Shown in pieces: positions 19,998 through 20,000 of a stretch of 20,000 bases of DNA. The position numbers and the translations under genes were made by a program. The stretch's first letter is position 1; each line of letters starts with the position of its first letter. The notes under the pieces are model-generated. The model ran no database searches. It saw only the letters and a list, made by a program, of their open reading frames with translations, and was not told where the DNA came from. The stretch is from Chiloscyllium plagiosum (taxonomy: Eukaryota), in the NCBI RefSeq assembly GCF_004010195.1, contig NC_057758.1, positions 8,269,834 through 8,289,833 of the forward strand, written 5' to 3'.

Positions 19998-20000
19998 ACT

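Larger units (their letters stand above)
19618..20000 (-). mobile_element. Penelope-like element terminal repeats (tandem pseudo-LTR arrangement)
   Basis: 94-bp direct repeats at 19618-19711 and 19904-19997 (period 286), each containing a hammerhead core. Purine-rich spacer. The family call is from recognition; no RT or GIY-YIG sequence is in the window. Confidence 0.75.

Overview
Eukaryotic (vertebrate) genomic DNA. The repeat content (CR1-type LINE fragments, HE1/V-SINE-like tRNA SINEs, Penelope-like repeats) points to a cartilaginous fish, probably a shark (inference). There is a 500-N assembly gap at 3777-4276. Most of the window is decayed, nested retroelements. Positions 1-3776 are duplicated at 11165-14872. 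None of the supplied ORFs is a convincing intact gene. The main result is a hidden cluster of small spliced beta-defensin-like genes or pseudogenes between the repeats. Three exons (109-320 +, 11273-11484 +, 4609-4775 -) carry the exact six-cysteine spacing C-x6-C-x4-C-x11-C-x5-CC behind phase-1 splice acceptors, and each is interrupted by in-frame stops. An intact signal-peptide exon with a phase-1 GTAAGT donor lies at 6582-6645 (-). Several more decayed candidates are present at lower confidence. The right end carries a tandem Penelope-like terminal repeat with two minimal hammerhead ribozyme motifs on the minus strand.
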